Source: Eledone cirrhosa (taxonomy: Eukaryota). From it: a stretch of DNA of 64,000 bases. The notes beneath the pieces are model-generated. The model was not told the origin of the DNA and did not search any database. It saw nothing but the letters and a program-made list of their open reading frames with translations. The stretch spans positions 380,308,001 through 380,372,000 of the forward strand of contig OZ024740.1 in the NCBI GenBank assembly GCA_964016885.1, written 5' to 3'. A program made the translations under genes and the position numbers. Shown here piece after piece: positions 24,133-35,763 of the stretch. Every line of letters starts with the position of its first letter. Position 1 is the first letter of the stretch.

Positions 24133-24287
24133 TTCACTATTTAACGATCGTTTCTAGGGTATATATGTGTTATAATTGGTATGCATATTCAACAGATCTA
24201 TGTACAAAATTATACAAAATTATACAAATTATCAAGATTAAATATACATACCTAACACATATATACGCCGTCTTCAGAAATAATGAA
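24133..24287 (-). ncRNA. Hammerhead with greatly extended stem II, in a ~280-bp TA-flanked insert (24081-24364)
   Basis: Reverse strand: ttcattattt-CTGAAGA-cggcgtatatatgtgtta...taacacatatatacccta-GAAA-cgatcg-TT-aaatagtgaa. Confidence 0.75.
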
Positions 24288-24366
24288 GTATATTTATTGA
24301 TAATAACAACAATTCAAAATATCAGTTCAAAATTGACCAATGAAAACACAAAGGGTTAAAAGCATA

Positions 24367-24443
<77 letters not shown>

Positions 24444-25033
24444 CTCTTGACCATTATCTTTTGCTTGTCATAAAATTCTCTAAAAAGGCTACACAATAGA
24501 TTTCCAAATAAGAGCGCGAAATTTAATGAAAACTTGTTCACGTGACAGCGTAATTTCATTTATAACCAATCAAATTACGTTTATTAAAAAAAGCCTTCGT
24601 GAGCCCCTTTTTTTTTAAGTAAAAAGAAATTCAAACACTCATATATGAAAAAACAACCAGAAAAGCCCCCCACCCCCACCCCCACCCCCTTTGTTTGAAG
24701 AATTTTGTAACCCGAACTGGCGCGAAATGTATTATAATTATTGACCAACGAATCAAATTACTTCTCTAAAAACCTGGCGTTTCGAACCACTTTTTTCCAT
24801 ATAAAACAAGTAACATTCAAAGATTAACCAGATGTGAGAAAAACCACAGACCCTCCATCTCAACTCTACTTTTGAAAAGCAGAAGAACTGCGAAATCGGT
24901 AAAGAAACCAAATAAATATATATATATTTTTTTAAATAAGACTCCAGTTGCATTTTCGATTTCATCTTTTTTTCTTTATACTTACATTCGTGTAGGACAC
25001 CAGTTATTTTTCATTTTGTAAAAAAAACCTCAC

Positions 25034-25116
<83 letters not shown>

Positions 25117-25163
25117 TATATGTATACCATTTAAGTTAAACCCTGTTTTGTAATTCTGTCGAA

Positions 25164-25238
25164 GTTACCTGATAAGGCCGTCCTGTCTTGCATCATAAAT
25201 GGATGACGGAACTGGGCTATTGAAATATGTATAGTGAT
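25164..25238 (+). ncRNA. Degenerate hammerhead (core CTGATAA)
   Basis: gttac-CTGATAA-ggcc...gggctatt-GAAA-tatgta-TA-gtgat, just after a (TA)n tract. Confidence 0.55.
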
Positions 25239-25749
25239 TTTTTTTCACGGAATTAAAATTTACAGTATATCTTCCAATATGATGGGGCAGAAATATTATA
25301 TTATTTATTTAAGATCGCTAGCTTACCATCACTGCAAGAAGTAAACAAATTGTTTTAACTGATACGGGAAACGTATTGAGAAGAGCACTATTGCTATGAG
25401 AAAGATAATCATCTATGTAATTGTTTTTACATAAGTTTATTTGATTATATTCCGTAATTATGTAAGTTGTAAATAATCGAGCATTCTTATATGATTCAAT
25501 ACTATTCTGTTGTAAATGTCATTTTAAACAGATAATGCGCATATGTATAAAGCAAATGATATACTTGTAACTGTGTAAAGTGCATGATGTGAATAAACTA
25601 GTGTGATTATTATTTTTTCTTTTTTTGTGTGTCTGGTTTATCAATATATGCAGTGAGTTTCTCTGCCTTAGGTGTTAGGAAGACACTCGACAAGAAAAGA
25701 AGCTCAGAGGAAAAACGCAAACGCAAATAATAAAAACTTAGACAACAGC

Positions 25750-26000
<251 letters not shown>

Positions 26001-26737
26001 GGTTATTAGTAGTGCAAGTATATATATATGTATATGTATATATATATTTGATATAAGTGTTTTAATGGAAAAACTGTGCCATATAAGTAGCTTATAGCTG
26101 TTTTTTGTTTGTTTTTGTTTTTGTTTTTGTTTCTCGTTTTTCTTCACTTTTGTGCAGCAATATTATATCTAGGATATATTTTTGTTACAGAAGGAATCCT
26201 ATCGTAGAAATTTGCTTAAATTCTTTTTTAATGGGAAAAGGTGAGAGTTTCGTGAGTGTATACACACGTGTGTGTGTGTGTGTTCGTGTTTGTGTGTGCT
26301 AGTAATGTGTGTGTGTGTGCGTGTGTATGTATGTGTGTGTGTGCGTGTGTATTGTCGTTGTTAGTACTGCATATAACTCAGAATTTTTTGTAATGACGCC
26401 AAGATTTTCTTTTAACACTGTCGACATTGTCACCCTCCATCCCCATTTCCCTCCCTACACTCAAGAGAAGCATTAAATATATTAGCTTATTCTCACCTAT
26501 TGCTAAAGTAATTCTCTGTCTATTCTCGAGAATATTAACGTATCAGACGTATCAAACTTCTCATTTGATATCGATCTAAGATAAACTGCCAAAATATCTA
26601 TAATATTTATTAGTCTAGCTTTCACTATATCTTACTTGAAATCAGATTAAGACGAAAACCATCGGGAAACCACCTTGAAAGGAAACAATTTCCTTCGATT
26701 GTTATAAATAGTAATATATAGCATTGTGAAGTGATAA

Positions 26738-26935
26738 TTGGGAGAATTGGTAGAGCGTCGTATAAAATGTTATTGTTTGCTCTGATGCTTTACATTCTGA
26801 GTTCAAATCCCGTAAATGTCAACTTTTCATTTCATCATTCCCGGGTCGATAAAATAAAATACCAGTCACCTAGTGGGGTTGATATAATCAAGTTTTCCCT
26901 TATACTAAAATTGTTAACCCTGTACGTATATTAAA
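26738..26935 (+). mobile_element. Degenerate SINE (family A)
   Basis: ctgagttcaaatccc and catcattcccgggtcgataaaataaaataccag. Confidence 0.7.
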
Positions 26936-27730
26936 AATCAATATTTCATATTGTCAGTGGGTTGTGAAGTCTATAGAAAATTTAAAACGTATTTCCTTTC
27001 AATTTCTCTCAATTTACCATTGAAATCCAACGGTGGCCAATTTTCCTTTCCTCCGTCTCGTAGCTGATTTAATTATTATTTCTATTTTTTTTATAACACG
27101 TAAAACATGGTGGAGTCGTAAAGGCACCGTAGTGACATAGGGCGTTTCTTGGGTATTTTAGACAAAAAAATAGGACACAGCCGATTTCTTTTAGGGAAGG
27201 AGAGAAATTGTTAGCGAGGAAGTAAGAAAAAGATATTGAGCAAGGAACGTCCCCGATATAAGACTGCTCCTTTTTTTATCGACCTCGAAAGGATGAAAGA
27301 CAAAGTTCACCATTTATGTCTTGCTCAAATTACATCGTACTGTCTTGGAAAATAAGAACCAGAGTATATGATATTTTTAGATGTTGAACAATTTTTATTC
27401 TGTTATTGTTTCATGTTGTAAAGATAGTAAGTATAATTTTAGTTAATAGCAAGATTTCAGCTCAGTACATTTCATATGAATTTTAGAAGTGGTGGAGTTT
27501 ACCACTGGTCTTTAGCAACCAAGGAAGATCACCCTAACGGCTGTTTCTGTTACGTTAACCGACTTCAGAGGGGCTAATTCCGCATGGATGCTAAAACAAA
27601 AATAAGCTAAAGGCTTATAGTATTTAAGCTGATGGACATTGACTAATGAAACTCATTTGCATATAGAATGAGCATGTATTATCCACTAGGATAATTGCTG
27701 GCCTTGTGCTAAAAGTAGAAACAATTATTA

Positions 27731-29483
27731 CCTTTCTAGAAACATTTCACTCTTTATTGTTAGCGGGCGACTGGGTCGGCATCTTAGATGCACGCTGGGA
27801 TTCTGTGGGAGTAGCTGATAGGAGTGGGGATGCAAAAGCCTCAAGTACCTGATCAACCAGTTCCAACTGTCTGGCAGGTACCGGGACGCAGAAAGGCTGT
27901 GTCAGCGTATGCGGATGACATCACCGTGATGATGTCGGAAACCTCGGAAATCGAGGTCGTCGCACCTTAATGGAGGAATATAAAAGGTTGACAAGAGCGA
28001 AACTTAACTCGCAAAAGTCGGTGGGCTTGCAGCTCGGCACCTGCAGAGGCAAGTCCATGCCGTCCAACAGCGTCGACGGGTGCTGGATGAGCAGTAAAGT
28101 TGCTCGGGTTTGGTTTGGACCAGACCTCCAAGTAGATAAGAATTGGGACGAGGTGACGATCAGGGTAGCCACTCTCACCCAGAAATGGGACGTGAGGAAG
28201 CTGTCCCTGAAAGGTCAGGTGGAGGTAGCGAACGCATACATTGCGTCCGTGACTATTAACGCCTTTCCGTTGTGCCTTGCCCCCGTTCGTGCCTCATCAA
28301 ATTGGAATGGCTCCTCTTCAAATTCTTGTGGAAGGGACAGGTTCAGTTGGCGAGGCGGTCCATCTGCTGCCAGTAGCCTCTACGCGGAGGGCTGGGGATT
28401 CCATGATTAATGATGCGCAAACATGCGCTGGGGTACGGCATCTCCAGATATTCTGCCTAAACGGTGAACAGGTGTGGTCACCGTTTGTCAGACGGGCCTT
28501 TCCGCAGCTCGTCTCTTTGACTGAGCTGCAATCCTGGGTCAAGTAGAGACCAAGACTGGGTACCTGGCATCTGGAATGGTGCCAGGCATTCACTTCCCTC
28601 TACCAGGCGGGCACTACGGTCAGTGGAACTTCCACTCTCGAGTTCTATAGAGGGTTAGTGGTGGGGTAGTGCGACGATGCACTAGGAGAGGCTCTGAGCG
28701 TCGACGAAATCGAGCTGACTTGTCTGTTCCGGAGGACGTTCGAACCGGGGACGATGGCTAACTTGCAGAAATCCCTCGCTTGGCAGTGTTACCGGGAGGG
28801 GTGTGGGTGGGGGCACTGCTGATTCGAGATAAACTCTACAGGCACGGGAGTGCTGTCAAACGCACCTGCCCGAGAGCCATGAAACCGTTCTGCACGCACT
28901 CGTCCAGTGTCACTGCATTATTGACTTGTGAAGTTATGTCGAACAGCTGTTGTCGCGTGTAGAACGGATCCGGCTATCGGCTGACTACATAGTGAAGATC
29001 GGTCCACCGTCTTCTTCTGGCCAGGAAGGGCAGGCATTTTTCCTCTGTCTGGTGGAAATAGCGAAAGATGTTGTAAGGTGCATCAAGTTGAAAAGACTGA
29101 AGACAGACACTTTTCTCTTTGGCCAATCCCTCATGAACTTTTTCAAGTTTCACTTGGAAAGGAAGATGAGGGTAGTGTGAGAAGTGCTTCCCTCAGTACA
29201 TTTCCTGAAAGGTGGGTGAATGTCGCGAGAATGGCCCGTTTGAAAGGGCCTACTCTAAGTATGCGCCTGTGGTTTCCCCAAAGCGTTGGGTGATTCAGGA
29301 TTGGTGGGGCACCTGAGTCAACCCTTAGTGGTTAACCCCCTATTGGGGAACTCTGTCGATTGTTATTTTCTTGTTTATTGTTATTGTTTTCATATTGTTT
29401 TATTAGATTTTTGTGTAAAACCCCCACTATCTCGTCCTGTTGTATTGCTCCCTATATGTCGGCCCTTGTGGCCAATAAAGAAA
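27731..29483 (+). mobile_element. Decayed Tx1-like LINE, 5'-truncated and internally deleted
   Basis: Colinear with about 44236-44390 joined to 45872-47514 (~1.5-kb deletion); SAYADD, KSVGLQLGT, WFGPDLQ; ends aataaagaaa(att)n; begins directly after a SINE tail. Confidence 0.9.
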
Positions 29484-29518
29484 TTATTATTATTATTAAT
29501 CATAATAAAGGTAATGAG

Positions 29519-30125
29519 TGGTGAGTTGGCAGAATCGATAGTGCGTTTGATGAAATGTTCGGTGGTATTTCTTCTGGCTCTTTACGTCCTTAGTTCAAAT
29601 CCCTTTCATTTTCCCAGGTTCGAAAAAATAAAGTATTAGTAATGTACTTTGACCGATCTAATTGACTTTCCTAGCCCCAAAATTACCTACCATGTGTCTG
29701 AATTAGAAAGATTGGATTAGTGGATTGGCAGTATCGGTAGAGGGTCGGACGCTTTGCTTTGACGCATAGAGTTACGACCCATGCCATTCTGAGTTCGAAT
29801 CCCGCCGAGGTTAACTTTGCCTTTCATCCTTACGGGGTCGATAAAATAAAGTACCAGTAAGGCACTGGGTAATTGCTGGCCTTGTGCCAAAAAGTAGAAA
29901 CAATTATTAAAATTAGAGCAGGGTGGTGGATTGGCAGTATCGGTAGAGAGTCGGACACCATGCTTTGAAGCATAGAGTTACGTCCCTTTATGATCTGAGT
30001 TCAAATCCCGCCGAGGTTAACTTTGCCTTTCATCCTTACGGGGTCGATAACATAAAGTACGAGTAATGTACTGGGTAATTGCTGGCCTTGTGCCTAAAAT
30101 AGAAACAATTATTAAAATTAGAGCA
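29519..30125 (+). mobile_element. Three consecutive family-A SINEs; the last two form a tandem duplication
   Basis: Copies at about 29519-29710, 29721-29908 and 29927-30113; the last two are both followed by aaaattagagca. Confidence 0.85.
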
Positions 30126-30563
30126 TTAGAAACATTAAACACCAATGTATTATACTCCAATTCTAATTACTATTATTATATTCAATATTATTAATTGCTA
30201 TAAATGGTGTTGAAAAACAATCTATAAAATTATTATTTATTTTAACTGCAAAAAACTCAAATCAGTGAAAGATAAGCAATTACCACCTACTCGTCTGAAA
30301 CCAAAAAAGTTAATTCTATAGAACTATATCCGATAGTATGTCAATACAATTAATCGATACATTTTCGGATTAATAAATAATAAATTTGAACATACATATC
30401 AATATTTAAATGTAATTATGAGACATAAACTGCAAGCTATGACCCCCCCCCCCCCTCCCCCCCTCTCTCTCTCTCTCATCTCTGGCTCATCCATCTTAAG
30501 AATGATCTGGTTATTATAAAAATCAAAGTCTACAAGCTGTCATGACACTTTACTTCTTTCTCT

Positions 30564-30632
<69 letters not shown>

Positions 30633-30644
30633 CTCGCTCTCTCT

Positions 30645-31619
30645 ATGAAATACCAATGATGATTGGCAAAATCACTGATGAGGGACTAATTTTATATGTA
30701 ATCCATGTGCAACCATGCAGTATTCTTCTTCCCCTTGTTTTTCATATATATTTACCTAAACTGCGATTATCTGTTTCTCTCTTTCTCTCTTACTGCTCCC
30801 CCGTTCTCTCTGTTTCTCTTACCTTCTTTCACGCTCTCTGTCAGTTACACTTTTTCTCTCGACTGACCTCTTCCTCGCACTTCCACTCACTCACTCTCTG
30901 TTTCTCCCCTTCTCACTTCCTCCCGTTCGCTAGTAGTGGGGTTCCTTCTTTCTCACACCGCACTCACGGCGTACGGTCTGCTTCTCTGACCGTTCATGAA
31001 ATTCACCCAGATTATGCTGATCGGATAACTACCATGTGGCTTGCTGTTTTCCAACCTTCGGTTTGCTTTTCCTTCTGTTGTTTACTTGTCTCACTCGCTC
31101 TACGCGTTTCACTTGTCCCAATAGCTTATTTTAGTTATTGCTCGCACCAACCTGAGGTATCTGATTTTTAATGCGATGAAATACCAATGATGGTTGGCAA
31201 AATCACTGATGAGGGACTAATTTTATAATATATAATCCATGTGCAACCATGCAGTATTCTTCTTCCCCTTGTTTTTCATATATATTTACCTAAACTGCGA
31301 TTATCTGTTTCTCTCTTTCTCTCTTACTGCTCCCCCGTTCTCTCTGTTTCTCTTACCTTCTTTCACGCTCTCTGTCAGTTACACTTTTTCTCTCGACTGA
31401 CCTCTTCCTCGCACTTCCACTCACTCACTCTCTGTTTCTCCCCTTCTCACTTCCTCCCGTTCGCTAGTAGTGGGGTTCCTTCTTTCTCACACCGCACTCA
31501 CGGCGTACGGTCTGCTTCTCTGACCGCTCATGAAATTCACCCAGCTTATGCTGATCGGATAACTACCATGTGGCTTGCTGTTTTCCAACCTTCGGTTTGC
31601 TTTTCCTTCCGTTGTTTAT
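30645..31619 (+). repeat. Tandem duplication with 531-bp period (~1.8 units), pyrimidine-rich
   Basis: atgaaataccaatgat at 30645 and 31176, near-identical downstream; flanked by ~45-bp direct repeats (tctggctcatccatcttaagaatgatct) at about 30481 and 31629. Confidence 0.9.
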
Positions 31620-31833
31620 TGGAGCAGCTCTGGCTCATCCATCTTAAGAATGATCTATTTATTATAAAAATTGCCGTCATAGAAAAGTAATGACATATTT
31701 ATTATAATTCAGTCTTCATAACATATTGAGCACTCTCATGTTTATTGAACAGGAAGTAGCCGGTTTAATCACATCTCTTCTCTAACTTGGTATTGTTCTA
31801 ATACTTAGCTTCTTTCAAATTTATCTCTTTCTT

Positions 31834-31880
<47 letters not shown>

Positions 31881-32721
31881 ATGTAGAGTTTTTTTCGGAA
31901 TATTTTTGACTGTTGTTTCATGTAAACAAACATTCGTCTCGTTCTGACGTCACCAGCCCTGTTTTTCCACATGTGCGTTTTATTTTCATAATCACGCATG
32001 ATGTTAAACTAGCCTGCTTTTAAATTCCCTTTTTGGCATATTAATCAGTGAGAATTTGACTACCGTGTTGAGCTCTGCTGATGATCCTATTCCAACCGTG
32101 ACCATCTCCACTGAAAGCTTACGTGAAATAGTCTTTTTCAAGACTATACAGAGCATTTGTAGTTGTCCCAAATTGAAGGATGAGTATTTTAAACTTTATT
32201 TTATCATGAGTTAAGGCTCTATTGATTTTTCCCTGGATTTCACTAAATTCTGTTGGATAAATCTATATCCTGATTCTTTTTGAATTGAGTTTGAATTATT
32301 TTCCCCACATCTTACGTTAATTATTTTCCCATTTTGACGCTATAGTCACTTATATATTATGGAATACTGTTGGCTTCTTGCTACAAAACTTTCTATACCT
32401 TTCATTTATATATATTATATAAATGGAAAAATGAAATTTCATTTCTCACTCTTAGTACGGCTGATACTTAAATATAAGTATGTATACGTACATACATATA
32501 TGTATACAGGCGTACACTATATAGGTACATATATATATGTGTGCATGTATGTATGTATATACATACTAGTGTACGTCTGTATACATATATGTATGTACGT
32601 ATACATATATATATATGTGTGTGTGTGTGTGTTTCCAAGAGATGTCAATATGAATGAACCTGTTATTTTCATCTAAACACATTTTTTCCTGTCCCTTCAA
32701 TCTATCTTATTTCTCATTCTT

Positions 32722-32757
32722 TCTTCTGATGAAGGACTAGCGTCCGGAACGTTAAGA
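32722..32757 (+). ncRNA. Minimal hammerhead relic
   Basis: tctt-CTGATGA-aggac tagc gtcc-GGAA(for GAAA)-cg-TT-aaga; lies between microsatellites. Confidence 0.65.
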
Positions 32758-32838
32758 CCCTCTTCCTGCTATTTCAAGCATTAACCTAATATATTCCTTC
32801 AATAACTGTACCGATTGTGTTGCTATTTCTGTTTACCT

Positions 32839-32870
<32 letters not shown>

Positions 32871-32872
32871 CA

Positions 32873-32905
<33 letters not shown>

Positions 32906-33278
32906 GTGGAGGGGGGGGGGGTGTAAAATGTGTATGCGTGATTTTGTGTGTGATTATTTGGCTTAATGATCACATGTAGCGTGAAACTCAGGTCGTGTTC
33001 TAAATTCAATTCTCGGAGACCATTGTATTTTATTCTCTGGTGGTGTTAAAATCCTCCCTCCATCACTCAGGATGTCTTCTCGCAGTTCTATCAAGTTATA
33101 TTTCACTAGAAATATTACTTCTTCCCCTGCCTGTAGGGCAGAAATAGACCGGTCGATCTGAATTAAGAGACTGCTCAACAGGGTACAAAGGAAACTGGTT
33201 CGACATAGATATATGTAAACTTTCAACATAATATATATATATTTATATTTGTGTGTGTATGCATATATATATATATAT

Positions 33279-33408
<130 letters not shown>

Positions 33409-33458
33409 TCATATATTTATATATATATATATGTGTGTATATATGCGTGTGTGTGTGT

Positions 33459-33505
<47 letters not shown>

Positions 33506-33710
33506 CGTGTGTGTATACATATTTGTGTATAAGTATGAAATATGTGAGAAATGTGAAAGAATGTGAAACATTCATATACAGAACGCCGCAACATGATTTA
33601 GAGAAAGTGGGGGGGGTCTGTGATTGAATGATAGAGTGGGTGTGAGATGGCAGGAGAGTGTGAGGGAGTGAGGAAGTGAGAAGTGAAGGCATAAGTTGTT
33701 GTTGTTATTT

Positions 33711-33927
33711 GGATTGGCAGAATCGGTAGAGCGTCGGACACCATGCTTTGCAGCTTAGAGTTACCGCCCTTTACGTTCTAAATTCAAATCCCGTCTAGGT
33801 CAGCTTTGTCTTTCATCCTTACAGGGTCGATAAAATACAGTACCAGTAATGCACTGGAGGCGGTTTAATCGACTTTCCCCTCCCTCAAAATTGCTGGCCT
33901 TATGCTTTAATCAGAAACCATTATTAT
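33711..33927 (+). mobile_element. SINE family A (long variant)
   Basis: Box A, box B, core, extra segment gactttcccctccctcaaaa, (att)n tail. Confidence 0.85.
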
Positions 33928-34265
33928 TATCATTGTCAGTGTTGTTGCAGTTGTTGTTGTTATTGTTATCTGTCGACAAGGAAGTCACGTATCCTCATTT
34001 TGTTGTGTTTCGAAAAGCTTTTTGAAATTTTAAAAAAGCAAATGAACAATATGGCGCCCGTTGTCGGAGCAGATGAAAGTGAGGAGATGGTAAGAGAAAT
34101 GGAAAGCTGAAGCAATAACACGACAATCGATGCCAACATCACCACTCTCACCTGCAATACCATGGTTGTTGACGCGTCTGGAATCAATTCATTCAAAAGT
34201 TATCCTTTGAAATTTCTAAAAATATTAAAATGGCACAACTGTGACTATCTTAGTTACATATGTGA

Positions 34266-34610
34266 AGGCGCGTGGCTTAGATATTAGAGCGTCGGGCTTA
34301 CAATCGTGAGGTTGTGAGTTCGATTCTCGAACCGGGAATTGCGTTGTGTTTCTGAGCAAGACACTCTATTTCATGTTGCTCCAATTTACTCAGCTGTAGA
34401 AATTAGTTGCGACGTCACTGGTGTCAAGCTGTATCAGCCTTTGCCTTCGCCTTAGACAACATCGGTGACGTGGAGAGAGGAGACTGGTATGCATGCGCGA
34501 CATCTAGTCTTCCACAAATAACCTTGCCCGGACTTGCGCCTCGGAGTGGAACTTTCTAGGGGCAAATCCCATGGTTATTCGTGACGGAAGAGAGTCTTTA
34601 CCCCTTTTTT
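34266..34610 (+). mobile_element. tRNA-derived SINE family B
   Basis: ggcgcgtggcttag (box A), gagttcgattc (box B), body gagcaagacact..gttgctcca..actcagctgt; decayed relative at about 36001-36250. Confidence 0.8.
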
Positions 34611-35102
34611 TCTTAGTCGGAGAGATTGCAAGAGGAGTAGGAAGTCAGAGTAACAGCTCAATAATCAACATTTTTACTACATCTCTGCACTATAATTGAG
34701 ATCTTAGCTATCCCCACTTTACGACGAATGGGGAGGGTATGAACCTTCGACGCAGACGATATGATTTGATTAGAGGACATGTAGGTGGGTCGTTGTCAAA
34801 GGTATGTCCCAGCTAGTTTCGGTTCCCTTGAGAGGCCGAAAGAAATGTTCAGTACAACATAATCCTACTTCGTTGTCTTTCTCCCTAGTTATTTGAATGT
34901 TTTTCGTCTAAGAGGAATCTGGAAGCAAAGGTACAACCTCAACTAATCTGATTAGGATGTGGGTAGCCATTTCACACTTCTCGTCTCTAACTACTAAGTG
35001 TGTGCTTATTTCTGTTAGCCTTGGTTGAACTTATTTGATATTTGTATGATTTACGTAAGACCTGGCTTTTGGGGGTAAGGAAGCTATTTCAGTGATCTGA
35101 CA

Positions 35103-35403
35103 GGTCAAGGTTAGGGTAAGGATTAGGGTTAGTGTTAGGGTTAATTATAGGGATAGGTTTAGGATTAGTCTTTATGTTAGTATTAGGGTTAAGTTTAGGG
35201 TTAGGGTTTTGTAAGGTTTAGGCTCATGGTTTGTGTTAGTGTTTGGGTTAGAGATAAAGTTAGGTTTAGAGCTAAGGTTATGGTTAGGGTTAAGATTAGT
35301 GTTAAGTTAGGGCTAGGGTTATATTTAGGTAAGGATTAGGGTTTGTGTTATGGATAGGATTAGATTTAGGTTTAGTGTTAGGTTTAGGTTTAGGGTTAGT
35401 GTA
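35103..35403 (+). repeat. Degenerate (TTAGGG)n-like hexamer array
   Basis: About 50 ggttag/ttaggg variant hexamers. Confidence 0.85.
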
Positions 35404-35574
35404 AGCGTTATAATTATTACTATTACAGCCCTTTATGTTCTTAGTAGAATCCCGTATGGATATAATATAATGTACCAGTCCATTACTGATGTCGATTTAA
35501 TCGACTTTCCCCTTCCCTTCAAATCGCTGGTCTTGTCTTTAAAGTAGAAACAATTATTGTTATTGTTGTTGTTG

Positions 35575-35763
35575 GGCGGTGAATTGGCAGTATTGTTAGA
35601 GGGTCGAACATGCTTTCCAGCATAGTTACGTCCCTTTACGATCTGAGTTCAAATTTCGCCGAGGTTAACTTTGCCTTTCATCCTTACGGGGCCGATAAAA
35701 TAAAATACCAGTAATGCACTGGGTAATTGCTGGCCTTGGGCCAAAAGTAGAAACAATTATTAT
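35575..35763 (+). mobile_element. SINE family A
   Basis: Full set of motifs; a 3' fragment also lies at about 35427-35556. Confidence 0.85.

Noticed and set aside
30542-31690. 209-aa and 149-aa hydrophobic ORFs
   Set aside because: Result from CT-rich composition within a tandem duplication; no domain motifs.
33966-34196. Minus-strand 76-aa ORF with a signal-peptide-like stretch
   Set aside because: No recognisable family and runs into microsatellite; insufficient support.
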